Shown here: piece after piece, positions 47,432 to 55,514 of the stretch | Layout of the letters: every line of letters starts with the position of its first letter | Position numbering within the stretch: the stretch's first letter is position 1 | Assembly: GCA_963728205.1 (NCBI GenBank) | Contig: CAVSIV010000001.1 | Span: forward strand, 384,001-448,000 | Source of the DNA: an uncultured Chloroflexia bacterium | Lineage (GTDB): Bacteria; Chloroflexota; Dehalococcoidia; UBA2979 | Length of the DNA stretch: 64,000 nucleotides | Direction: 5' to 3' | Notes under the pieces: model-generated | The model's database searches: none | Told to the model about the DNA's origin: nothing | What the model saw: the letters and a program-made list of their open reading frames with translations, nothing else | Program-made: the position numbers and the translations under genes

Positions 47432-48951
47432 GCTTCGGTCGTTCGGTCGAGCCCGCCGCCACCACGGCCCCGCCGGCGGCGACGGCAGCGACGGCCGCCG
47501 CGGGGACGCCGGACGAGGACGTCGACGTGTGGCGCGAGCGCCTCGAGGGGCGCGTCCTCGCGCCGCTGCGGCACACCAGCCGCGCCTACAGGATCTGGAT
47601 GGGCAGCCTCCTGGTCGTCCTCGCGTGGGCCTTCTTCGCATGGACCTACCAGGTGCGGCACGGCCTCATCGTCACGGGGATGCGCGACCGCATCTCCTGG
47701 AGCATGTACATCCTCACGTTCGTCTTCGTGATCGGCATCAGCCACGCGGGGACGCTGCTCTCGGCCATCCTGCGTGTCACGAAGGCGCGCTGGCAGCTCT
47801 CGATCACGCGCATGGCGGAGTTCATCACCGTCGTTGCGCTGATGGTCGGCGCGCTGTTCCCGCTCATCGATCTCGGGCGGCCCGACCGCGTGCTCAAGCT
47901 GCTGATCTACGGCCGCTGGCAGTCGCCGCTGCTGTGGGACCTGATGGCCGTGACCACCTACCTCGCCGGCAGCACCATCTACCTGATCCTGCCGCTGATC
48001 CCGGACTTCGCCCTCGCACGCGATCGGCTCACGCCCGACGCGCCGCGCTGGCGCCGCGCGTTCTTCACGGTCGCGTCGCTGGGCTGGACGGGCACCGAGC
48101 GGCAGCGCAGGGCGCTCGACCGCGCGATGACCGTGATGATGATCGCGATCATCCCGGTCGCGGTCTCGGTGCACACCGTCATCTCCTGGATCTTCTCGAT
48201 GACGCTGCGCACGCCGTTCAACAGCACGGTGTTCGGCGCGTACTTCGTCGCCGGCGCCATCTACTCCGGTGTCGCCGCGATCATCCTGCTGATGGCGGTG
48301 CTGCGGCGCCTGCTGCACCTCGAGGAATACATCACGAAGACCCAGTTCCTGGGTCTCGGATACCTCCTCGCCGGCATGGCGCTGATCATGCTGTATTTCA
48401 ACCTCTCCGAATACGTCACCACCGGCTACAAGATGGAAGCCGGCGTTCCCTTCCACTTCCAGGACCTGATGTCCGGCTACCTGGCGCCGATGTTCTGGTT
48501 CTACATCATCGGCGGCATCCTCGTGCCGCCGCTGCTGATCGCCATCCCGTGGACGCGCAACATCAAGGGCATCATCGTCGCTGCCGCGCTCGTGCTCGTC
48601 GCGATGTGGCTCGAGCGCTACCTGATCGTGATCGGCGGCTTCCGCGTGCCGCTGATGCCGTACGACCCGCGGCCCTACGCCCCGTCGTGGATCGAGTGGT
48701 CGATCTTCGGCGGAGCCGGCGCGCTCTTCATGTTCATCATCTCGGCCCTCGCCAAGGTCTTCCCGATGGTCTCCGTCTGGGAGGTCGTCGAGCACCGCGG
48801 ACCCGAGTCCGCGTGGGACCGGGCGCACCGCGACCTCGTCCCGGCGTCTCGCCGTGCCGAGCCGGTCGCGCGTCGCCGCGGCGCCGCTCCCGTGCCGGCG
48901 CCGGCGTTCGAGTTCGACGCGCGCAGCGCGGAGGAAGGAGTGGAGTCGTGA
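47428..48951 (+). CDS. nrfD: NrfD/PsrC-family membrane subunit (DsrP/ActC-like)
   Basis: GLIVTGMRD..SW, ISHAGT, ITRMAE, DLGRPDR, SPLLWD, VSVHTV, YFVAGAIYSG, WLERY; ATGA coupling. Confidence 0.9.
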   Translation: MSFGRSVEPAATTAPPAATAATAAAGTPDEDVDVWRERLEGRVLAPLRHTSRAYRIWMGSLLVVLAWAFFAWTYQVRHGLIVTGMRDRISWSMYILTFVFVIGISHAGTLLSAILRVTKARWQLSITRMAEFITVVALMVGALFPLIDLGRPDRVLKLLIYGRWQSPLLWDLMAVTTYLAGSTIYLILPLIPDFALARDRLTPDAPRWRRAFFTVASLGWTGTERQRRALDRAMTVMMIAIIPVAVSVHTVISWIFSMTLRTPFNSTVFGAYFVAGAIYSGVAAIILLMAVLRRLLHLEEYITKTQFLGLGYLLAGMALIMLYFNLSEYVTTGYKMEAGVPFHFQDLMSGYLAPMFWFYIIGGILVPPLLIAIPWTRNIKGIIVAAALVLVAMWLERYLIVIGGFRVPLMPYDPRPYAPSWIEWSIFGGAGALFMFIISALAKVFPMVSVWEVVEHRGPESAWDRAHRDLVPASRRAEPVARRRGAAPVPAPAFEFDARSAEEGVES

Positions 48952-49652
48952 ACCCCTCTCGCATCGCGGCGGCCGTCGCCGGCCCGCGTCGATCCAGCGT
49001 GCTCCTCGCGCTCGCCGCGGCGGCGGCGCTGGTCCTGGCGATCGCGCTCCCGGGCGCGGCCGCGGCGCAGGCCGCGGGCCAGCCCACCGCGATCGCCGTG
49101 GCGGCGCCGCGCAGCGTCCAGCTGGGGCAGGTCGTGACCGTGAAGGCGAAGCTCGTCGATGGCGGCGGGCAGGCGTTCCCGCACGCACGGGTCGACTTCA
49201 CGAGCCCCGAGACCTTCCTCAACACCACCGCCGACATGGTCGTCACGTCCGCGGTGACCGACGCCGACGGCGTCGCCACCGCGACCTTTCAGGCGCGGCG
49301 CTCCGGCGCGCTGACCGTGAAGGCGGTCTTCCGCGGCGACGCCACCTACGCGGGCTCCGAGGCGAGCACGCAACTGACCGTCACCGGCTCCGCGCAGCTC
49401 TACCAGCAGGAGGTGCTGCCGACGGTGCCCGGCCTGAACGCCTCGCCGATCGGCGAGTTCGCAACCGCCGGCGGGACGCGCTGGCTGCTGACCGGCTGGC
49501 CGATCGCGGCCGTGCTGCTCCTGGTGTGGTCGAGCTACGCGACCGCCGTGTTCTTCATGTCGCGCATCGCGGCCGCGGCGGACGCCGGTCCGGAGATCGC
49601 CGCCGCGGTCGCCGGGGCGGGCGGCGCCGGGAACGCTGGAGGTGAGCGATGA
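48948..49652 (+). CDS. Secreted Ig-like domain protein with C-terminal membrane anchor, paralog of 32271-32924
   Basis: Signal peptide, VKAKLVD...TDADGVA...KAVFRGD, TM segment VLLLVWSSY; GTGA coupling. Confidence 0.82.
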   Translation: MNPSRIAAAVAGPRRSSVLLALAAAAALVLAIALPGAAAAQAAGQPTAIAVAAPRSVQLGQVVTVKAKLVDGGGQAFPHARVDFTSPETFLNTTADMVVTSAVTDADGVATATFQARRSGALTVKAVFRGDATYAGSEASTQLTVTGSAQLYQQEVLPTVPGLNASPIGEFATAGGTRWLLTGWPIAAVLLLVWSSYATAVFFMSRIAAAADAGPEIAAAVAGAGGAGNAGGER

Positions 49653-50116
49653 GGCTCAATCGCTACTGGACGCTGCCGGCCGCCCTCGGGGCGATGGTGG
49701 TCGTGCTCGGGCTGACACTGCTCGTGATCGGCGCACGCAGCCCCTACACCCACGCGAACCGCGACGCCGGTCCCGACGCCGCCTACACGCGGACGCAGCA
49801 GACGCTCGTCGGCACCCCCGTGCCGTACGTGCCGCCCGGCCTGTCGAGCGCGGCGGCCGCGTCGTCCACGGACCAGGTCACGCTCGGCGGACGGCTCTTC
49901 GTCGCTGAGAACTGCGCCTCCTGCCACGGCATCACCGGCTCCGGCGGCACCTTCGCGCCGCCGATTCGTGGCTTCGACGTCACGGCGCTGCAGCAGAAGA
50001 CGCACGCCGGCCCGGGCGGCATGCCCGCCTTCGCCGGGCTGTCGGACGCACAGCTGCAGGCGATCGCGGCCTACCTGAAAGCGGGAACCAGTGCCCCGGC
50101 GGCGGCCGCCCGATAG
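49649..50116 (+). CDS. Membrane-anchored monoheme cytochrome c
   Basis: N-terminal TM, CASCH heme motif, GGMPAF axial Met, LSDAQLQAIAAYL. Confidence 0.9.
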   Translation: MRLNRYWTLPAALGAMVVVLGLTLLVIGARSPYTHANRDAGPDAAYTRTQQTLVGTPVPYVPPGLSSAAAASSTDQVTLGGRLFVAENCASCHGITGSGGTFAPPIRGFDVTALQQKTHAGPGGMPAFAGLSDAQLQAIAAYLKAGTSAPAAAAR

Positions 50117-50155
50117 CGGCGACACGCCAGTCCGGAGACAGCAAAGGAGATCCTG

Positions 50156-51256
50156 ATGGAACAGCAGCGGACAGACGGAACCGCCGGGGCAGCGGGTGAC
50201 CGGGACGGGCGCATCGCGCGCATCGCGACGGCGTCGCTCAGCCGGCGCCGGCTCCTGCGCGGCGGCGGCATCCTGATCGGCGCGGCCGCCGCGTCGCCGC
50301 TCCTCGCGGCCTGCGGCAGCAAGACCGACAGCTCCGCGGCCACCAGCCCCGCGCCGACGACGCAGGCCGCGGCGCCGGCAGCCCCCACCGTCGCCGCGCC
50401 GACGGTCGCGGCTCCCGCCGCGCCCACCACCGCGGCGGCCGCCGGCGGCGGCGCCTCCGCGCTCAGCGTGAAGGCGCACGAGGCGGGCGATCTCTTCCTC
50501 TACGACGTCGACAGGCAGTTGGTCGCGGCCGGCAAGACGACCTTCAACTTCACGAACACCGGCAAGCTCACCCACGAGCTCATGGTCTACCCGATCCAGG
50601 ATCTCGCCGAGATGCTTGCGAAGAAGCGCGCCGGCGACGACGTCGACGAGATGGACTACATCAAGGGCATGGCCGGCTCCGCCGAGGACATCGACCCCGG
50701 CAAGTCCGCCAGCTTCGACGCCGACCTCAAGCCCGGCCTCTACGAGCTTGCCTGCCACGTCATCGGCAAGAACGCCGACGGCAGCACGTTCCTGCACTTC
50801 GACCGCGGCCAGACGATGACGCTCGCCGTCACCGGCCCGGGCGGCCCGGCGGCGTCGATCCTCGACCCGAGCGACGCCATCGCCCTGCAGATGGTGAAGG
50901 GCACCGGCGACCTCGACAGCTCGTGGCTGTTCCAGCCCGATCACCTGGTGGCGAAGAGCGGCGACGTGAAGTTCACGATCACCAATCACATGGACATGAA
51001 CCACGACGTCGTCGTCTACCCACTCGGCAACATCAGCGACCTGATCAAGCAGCGTCTCGACGGCGGTGAGGACTACAGCATCATCAAGGGCCAGCAGCTG
51101 GCCGAGGATCTCGAGCCCGGCAAGAGCATCGACGCGACGGCCACCCTGACGCCCGGCTGGTGGGTCACGGCCTGCTTCGTCGTCAGCTCGCTGGCCGACG
51201 GGACGAAGTACGTGCACCGCGACCGCGGTCAGCGCGTGACCTTCCTCGTGCAGTAG
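50156..51256 (+). CDS. Tat lipoprotein with two cupredoxin (blue-copper) domains
   Basis: SRRRLL + LAAC; domain 1 THELMV...PGLYELAC-x13-HFDRGQ; domain 2 NHDVVV...PGWWVTAC-x13-HRDRGQ; AAGGAG RBS. Confidence 0.85.
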   Translation: MEQQRTDGTAGAAGDRDGRIARIATASLSRRRLLRGGGILIGAAAASPLLAACGSKTDSSAATSPAPTTQAAAPAAPTVAAPTVAAPAAPTTAAAAGGGASALSVKAHEAGDLFLYDVDRQLVAAGKTTFNFTNTGKLTHELMVYPIQDLAEMLAKKRAGDDVDEMDYIKGMAGSAEDIDPGKSASFDADLKPGLYELACHVIGKNADGSTFLHFDRGQTMTLAVTGPGGPAASILDPSDAIALQMVKGTGDLDSSWLFQPDHLVAKSGDVKFTITNHMDMNHDVVVYPLGNISDLIKQRLDGGEDYSIIKGQQLAEDLEPGKSIDATATLTPGWWVTACFVVSSLADGTKYVHRDRGQRVTFLVQ

Positions 51257-51452
51257 TCCCCGGGGGCGTGGACTGCGAGGGCGGGCGCGTGCCGCGGGGC
51301 GCCGCCCGCCTCTCGCCGTCCGGCGCACGCGCGCTCCGCGAAACGGCCCGCGGCTCGTGTGACGTTCGACCACGGTCGGGGCCGCAGCCGGCCGCCTAGG
51401 CTGGATGCGCCGGGATCGCGCCGCTCGCCACCCCGGGAATGAGGATGCCGCC

Positions 51453-51770
51453 ATGTGGGAATGGCATCACGGTGGTGCCGCATGGGGTTGGGGCTGGGTC
51501 TGGATGATCGTCGTGATGGCGATCGTCTGGGTGCCCCTCGTGTTCGCGTTCGTCTGGTTCCTGCGCAGCGCGGCCGGCCGCGGCCGCGCCGCGCCCGGAG
51601 CCGGGGACGGCGGCGAGGCCCCGCGGTCCGCAGTCGACGTCGACGCGCGCGAGATCGCCCGCCGCGCGTACGCGCGCGGCGAGCTCGACCGTGAGCGCTT
51701 CCTGCAGATCATGGAGGACCTGGGTGGCGGACCGCACGCGGGCCCCGGCGGCGGCGGGCCGCCGGCCTGA
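51453..51770 (+). CDS. SHOCT-domain membrane protein
   Basis: W/H/G/M-rich N-terminus, one TM, AREIARRAYARGELDRERF SHOCT motif; GAGGA RBS. Confidence 0.85.
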   Translation: MWEWHHGGAAWGWGWVWMIVVMAIVWVPLVFAFVWFLRSAAGRGRAAPGAGDGGEAPRSAVDVDAREIARRAYARGELDRERFLQIMEDLGGGPHAGPGGGGPPA

Positions 51771-51780
51771 GGTGGCGGCC

Positions 51781-52494
51781 GTGCGTGCGCACTCGCCGAG
51801 CGCGTTCGGCCGTCGCTCGCTTCGCCGCCGTGGCCTGCTCTGCGCCGGTCGTGCCGCTCCGCTCCTCGCGAGCGCGCTGCTGGTCGCCGCCGTGCTCGCC
51901 GGCTGCGCCCCCGCGGCGGGCGGCGCCGCGGGGGCAACCGTCGCGCCCACCGCGCCAATCCCCGCGGCGCCGACCGTGGCGGCGCCGACCATGCCGGCCG
52001 GGCTCGAGGGCGCGGCCGGTGCCGCGCAGCCGGCACCGACAACGACGCCCGCGCCGTCGGCGAGCGGCGCTCTCGGCGCTCCGGGCGCGCCCGGGGCCGG
52101 TGCACCGGCCGCGACGCCAGCTGCGAGCGCGCCCTACGCGCGCATGCCTGGTCCCGGTCGCATGCCGATGATGATGGGTGGGGCGTCGCGCTCCACTCCC
52201 TCGCCACGCGTCGACGCGACGCCCGGCACGCTCGCGACCCCGTCCGCCCCGACCCCGGCGGCGGCGACCTCCGCGCAGCTCTACACGGCGGATTGCGCCG
52301 TCTGCCACGGCACGTCGCGCCAGGGCGGGCCCGGACCCGCGCTCCTGCCCTCCACGCTCACGGGCGACGCCTCTTATTACGTGTCCGTCGTCGAGTACGG
52401 CGCACCCGGCACATTGATGCCGGGCTGGCTCGCGCAGGGCCTCACCGCCGATCGAATCCGCGCGCTCGTCGAGTACCTGCGCGCCGTGCCCTAG
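51781..52494 (+). CDS. Lipoprotein monoheme cytochrome c (NirC/c55X-like domain)
   Basis: LAGC lipobox, Pro/Ala linker with MPMMMG, LY...CAVCHGTSRQGGPGPALLP, YGAPGTLMPGW. Start approximate. Confidence 0.85.
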   Translation: MRAHSPSAFGRRSLRRRGLLCAGRAAPLLASALLVAAVLAGCAPAAGGAAGATVAPTAPIPAAPTVAAPTMPAGLEGAAGAAQPAPTTTPAPSASGALGAPGAPGAGAPAATPAASAPYARMPGPGRMPMMMGGASRSTPSPRVDATPGTLATPSAPTPAAATSAQLYTADCAVCHGTSRQGGPGPALLPSTLTGDASYYVSVVEYGAPGTLMPGWLAQGLTADRIRALVEYLRAVP

Positions 52495-52753
52495 CCCCGC
52501 GCCCCGTCTCCCGGCGCACGCGAGTCGCGCGGCCGCCGCGCGGGCCGATCCCCGTCACGCGGGCGGGGAGTGCGGCGACCCGGGTCGCCCGCGTCGGCGG
52601 CCGCGCCCTCGCATTCCGGACGCGCGGATGCGCTCCGACGTGCCCAACGCTCGCCGAAATTGCCGCGAATCTGCAAGGTGTCCCGCGACAACGCACCCAC
52701 CCCTGTTGCGTTTCACCTGTTGAGCTTGGGGACGCAGTAGCAGGAGGTGATCC

Positions 52754-53347
52754 ATGGGTAAGGCGATGCGCGTCTCGACGGCCGTTCTCGGCTTCGTCGC
52801 CGCCCTCTATCTCGCAGCACTCTCCGGGCTCGCCTGGCTGCAGGCCGGGCCCGACCGCTTCGCCGGCATGCACGTGCCGGTGCTCGCGCCCTCCGATCAC
52901 GTCCGGCTCGCCATCGGCATCAGCGCCGGCGTGCTCGCCGTGCTCCTGCTGATCCTCACCGTGGCCGCCGCCTTCCCGCGCCGCCGACGCTCCAGCATCG
53001 AGATCCGCACGGCCGAGAGCGGCCCGGTCTCGATCCCGGCCGGCGACGTCGCCCTGGCGCTCGCGGCCGACATCAGCGCCGCCGCCTCGGTGGAGCGCGC
53101 AACCGTGCGGCTCGGGCAGGAGAAGAACGGCATCGCCGTCGACGTCGCCATGACCGTGCTGCCCGACGCCGAGCTCCCGTCGGTGGTCGACGACGTCACG
53201 GCGCGCGTCGAGTCCGGGCTGAGCCGGCGCTACGGCGCGACGCTCTCGCGGCGTCCGAGCATCCGCGTCCGCTACGCCGAGTCGCGCGCGACGGCGGCCG
53301 CGAAGGCGGCCGGGTCCGGCGCGGCGGAACCCGCCGCCAGCGCCTAG
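52754..53347 (+). CDS. AmaP-like membrane anchor / Asp23-related protein
   Basis: AGGAGGT RBS; two TMs, then GPVSIP and an alpha/beta domain of the AmaP type. Confidence 0.6.
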   Translation: MGKAMRVSTAVLGFVAALYLAALSGLAWLQAGPDRFAGMHVPVLAPSDHVRLAIGISAGVLAVLLLILTVAAAFPRRRRSSIEIRTAESGPVSIPAGDVALALAADISAAASVERATVRLGQEKNGIAVDVAMTVLPDAELPSVVDDVTARVESGLSRRYGATLSRRPSIRVRYAESRATAAAKAAGSGAAEPAASA

Positions 53348-54666
53348 CGGTCGTCGGCCCAGGCCGGCTCCGCCTCTCTGACGGCGCCCTCCTCGGCTCC
53401 CCCATCTGCCGGCACCAGGCCGGCGGATGGCGCATGTCCAACGCCCGGGCGGTCCATCTCGCGCCAGGCGGGGAAGAGGAACGGCGCGAGCGTCGCCAGC
53501 AGGTAGCAACCGCCGAGCGCGGCGAGCGTCGCCGTGAGCCCGGCGGCCGTCACCCCGGCGCCGGCGACCAGCCCGCCGAGCGGGATGCCGGCCCATGCAA
53601 GCGCCCCGACGGCGCCGAGTACGCGCGCCTGCAGGGCGCGCGGCACGCGCTCGTACTCCACCGCGCCGAGGATCGGGTTGATCGCGCCGCCGGCGACGCC
53701 GCACACGAGCACGATCGCGACCGCCGGCGGCAGCGTCGCGGCGCCGGCAAGCACGAAGAAGCGCGGCGCGCCGGCGACCAGGAACCCCCACGCGTACGTG
53801 CGGTGGCGCGGCAGCCGCGGCCCCAGCCACGTCAGCACGAAGTTGCCGCCCACCGCGCCGACACCGCCCGCGCCGGCGATCACGCCGAGCGCCACCGGAC
53901 TGCCCAGTCGCTCGCTCGCCCACACCGGCAGCAGCACCGCGCCCAGCGCCTGGTCGAGCAGGTTTGTCGCGAACACCATCGCCGCGATGCCGAGCAGCAG
54001 GCGGTCGGCCCGCAGGTGAGCGAAGCCCTCGCGCAGGCTGCCGAGGTAGCCGCGCGCCGAGCCGGTCGCGGTCGTCGCCGGCCGCGGCTGCGCCGCGCGC
54101 GGCACGAACGCCGCGACCACGACGGCCGACACGAGGAACGTCGCGGCGTCGACGGCGAGCACGCTCGACGCGGAGAGCACGGCGATCAGCACGCCCGCAA
54201 GCGGCGCGCCGAGCATCGTCGCCAGCCGGTTCACGCCGTCGATCAGCCCGGTCGCGCGCTCGAGCGGCATGCCGGCGTGCTCGGCCACCCCGGGCACCAG
54301 CACGCGCTTCGCGGAGTCGCCGGCGCCGCGGATCGCGCCGGCCAGCGCGACGAGCAACGCCAGGGCGCCCAGCCCCAGCAGGCCGGTGGAGTGCAGCAGC
54401 GGCAGCGCGCCCACCGCCGCGGCCGCGAGGACGTCGGCGATCACGCCGGTCCGCCACGCACCCGCGCGGTCGATCGCCGGGCCGCCGAAGCCCTGCACGG
54501 CCACGTAGGGCGCCATCTCGGCGAACGCGACGACCCCGGTGATCCCGGGGCTGTGCGTCGTCGCGAGCACGAACCAGGGCAGCGCGAGGAACGACATCCG
54601 CGTGCCGAAGAGCGACACGCCGTTCGCGACCAGCAGCCCGGCGACCCCGCGCCGCGAGCGCGTCAT
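53344..54666 (-). CDS. MFS transporter (DHA3/macrolide-efflux-like)
   Basis: ANGVSLFGTRMSFLALPWFVL, LREGFAHL, ERVPRALQARV; ~12 TMs; ATGA coupling. Confidence 0.9.
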   Translation of the reverse strand: MTRSRRGVAGLLVANGVSLFGTRMSFLALPWFVLATTHSPGITGVVAFAEMAPYVAVQGFGGPAIDRAGAWRTGVIADVLAAAAVGALPLLHSTGLLGLGALALLVALAGAIRGAGDSAKRVLVPGVAEHAGMPLERATGLIDGVNRLATMLGAPLAGVLIAVLSASSVLAVDAATFLVSAVVVAAFVPRAAQPRPATTATGSARGYLGSLREGFAHLRADRLLLGIAAMVFATNLLDQALGAVLLPVWASERLGSPVALGVIAGAGGVGAVGGNFVLTWLGPRLPRHRTYAWGFLVAGAPRFFVLAGAATLPPAVAIVLVCGVAGGAINPILGAVEYERVPRALQARVLGAVGALAWAGIPLGGLVAGAGVTAAGLTATLAALGGCYLLATLAPFLFPAWREMDRPGVGHAPSAGLVPADGGAEEGAVREAEPAWADDR

Positions 54667-55307
54667 CGCGTCGCGTCGTCGCCCGCCGGGTGCGCGTCGC
54701 CGCCGGTCGCGACTGCGAGCCGCGGCAGCACCTCGAGTTGCACGACGACCGCCTCGGTGCCGGCGGGCGCCGCGCGCTCCGGATCGTGTTCGCGGTAGCG
54801 CGCGACCACCGCGTAGAGGTCGGCGATCAGCGCGCGCGCCTCCTCCGGTGTGAGCCGGAGGAGGAAGTCGCTCAGCGTCGCCGCTTCGCGCCACGCGCGG
54901 TCGACGGTCGCGAGGCCGTCGACCCAGGCGCGCTCGCGCGCGGCGTGTGCGTCGGCGACGGCGCGGAGGTAGCCCTCGGCGAGCGCCTGCTCGCCCGGGT
55001 CGCGCGGCGTCTCCGGCACGTCGAGCCACGTGTAGCGCTGCGCGGCCCGCCACCAGCGCTCACGCGCGGTGCCGCGATTCCGGTCTTCGACGACGAAGCC
55101 GTAGTGCGCGAGTTGCCGCAGGTGGTAGCTCGTCGCGCCCGTCGACTCGCCGGCGCGCCGAGCGAGCATCGTGGCGGTGGCCGGGCCGTCCTCGCGCAGG
55201 GCGGCGAGGAGGCGCATGCGGAGCGGGTGCGCGAGGCCGCGCAGCGACACCGCGTCGAGACGGGCGGTGGCGGCGGGATCGGCGAAGGGCGGGTCGACGG
55301 GCTCCAT
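54663..55307 (-). CDS. ArsR-like winged HTH regulator (HTH_20)
   Basis: LRGLAHPLRMRLL...GPATAT.LA...ATSYHLRQLA.YGFV...RERWW. Confidence 0.9.
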   Translation of the reverse strand: MEPVDPPFADPAATARLDAVSLRGLAHPLRMRLLAALREDGPATATMLARRAGESTGATSYHLRQLAHYGFVVEDRNRGTARERWWRAAQRYTWLDVPETPRDPGEQALAEGYLRAVADAHAARERAWVDGLATVDRAWREAATLSDFLLRLTPEEARALIADLYAVVARYREHDPERAAPAGTEAVVVQLEVLPRLAVATGGDAHPAGDDATR

Positions 55308-55310
55308 TCG

Positions 55311-55342
55311 TGCAAAGATATCTTTGCATCCAGATCTTTGCA
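55311..55342. promoter_or_regulatory. Operator palindrome, probably autoregulatory
   Basis: Perfect 18-bp TGCAAAGATATCTTTGCA (55311-55328) plus an overlapping degenerate copy ending TCTTTGCA (55342), 3 nt from the regulator ATG. Confidence 0.7.
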
Positions 55343-55514
55343 ATGGCAGGCGAGGCGATGGACGTGGCCCGTCGTCCCTGTTGCAGGTGCGTTGCAGCGC
55401 AAACCTTCACGTTGACGGGAGGATCGGCCGGGGGTACGGTCGATCCTCCCACTCACCCGGGCCGGGCTGCGACCACCACCGTCGCCCATCCCGACCACGG
55501 AAGGCGCTGCCCCG

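Noticed and set aside
50156-51256. NirK, multicopper oxidase or NosZ CuA
   Set aside because: No type-2/type-3 HxH motifs and no CxxxCxxxH CuA motif; each domain has only a type-1-like set.
29990-52494. Recent inverted duplication or assembly artefact
   Set aside because: The paralogs differ extensively in protein sequence and have different downstream genes, which indicates an old duplication.
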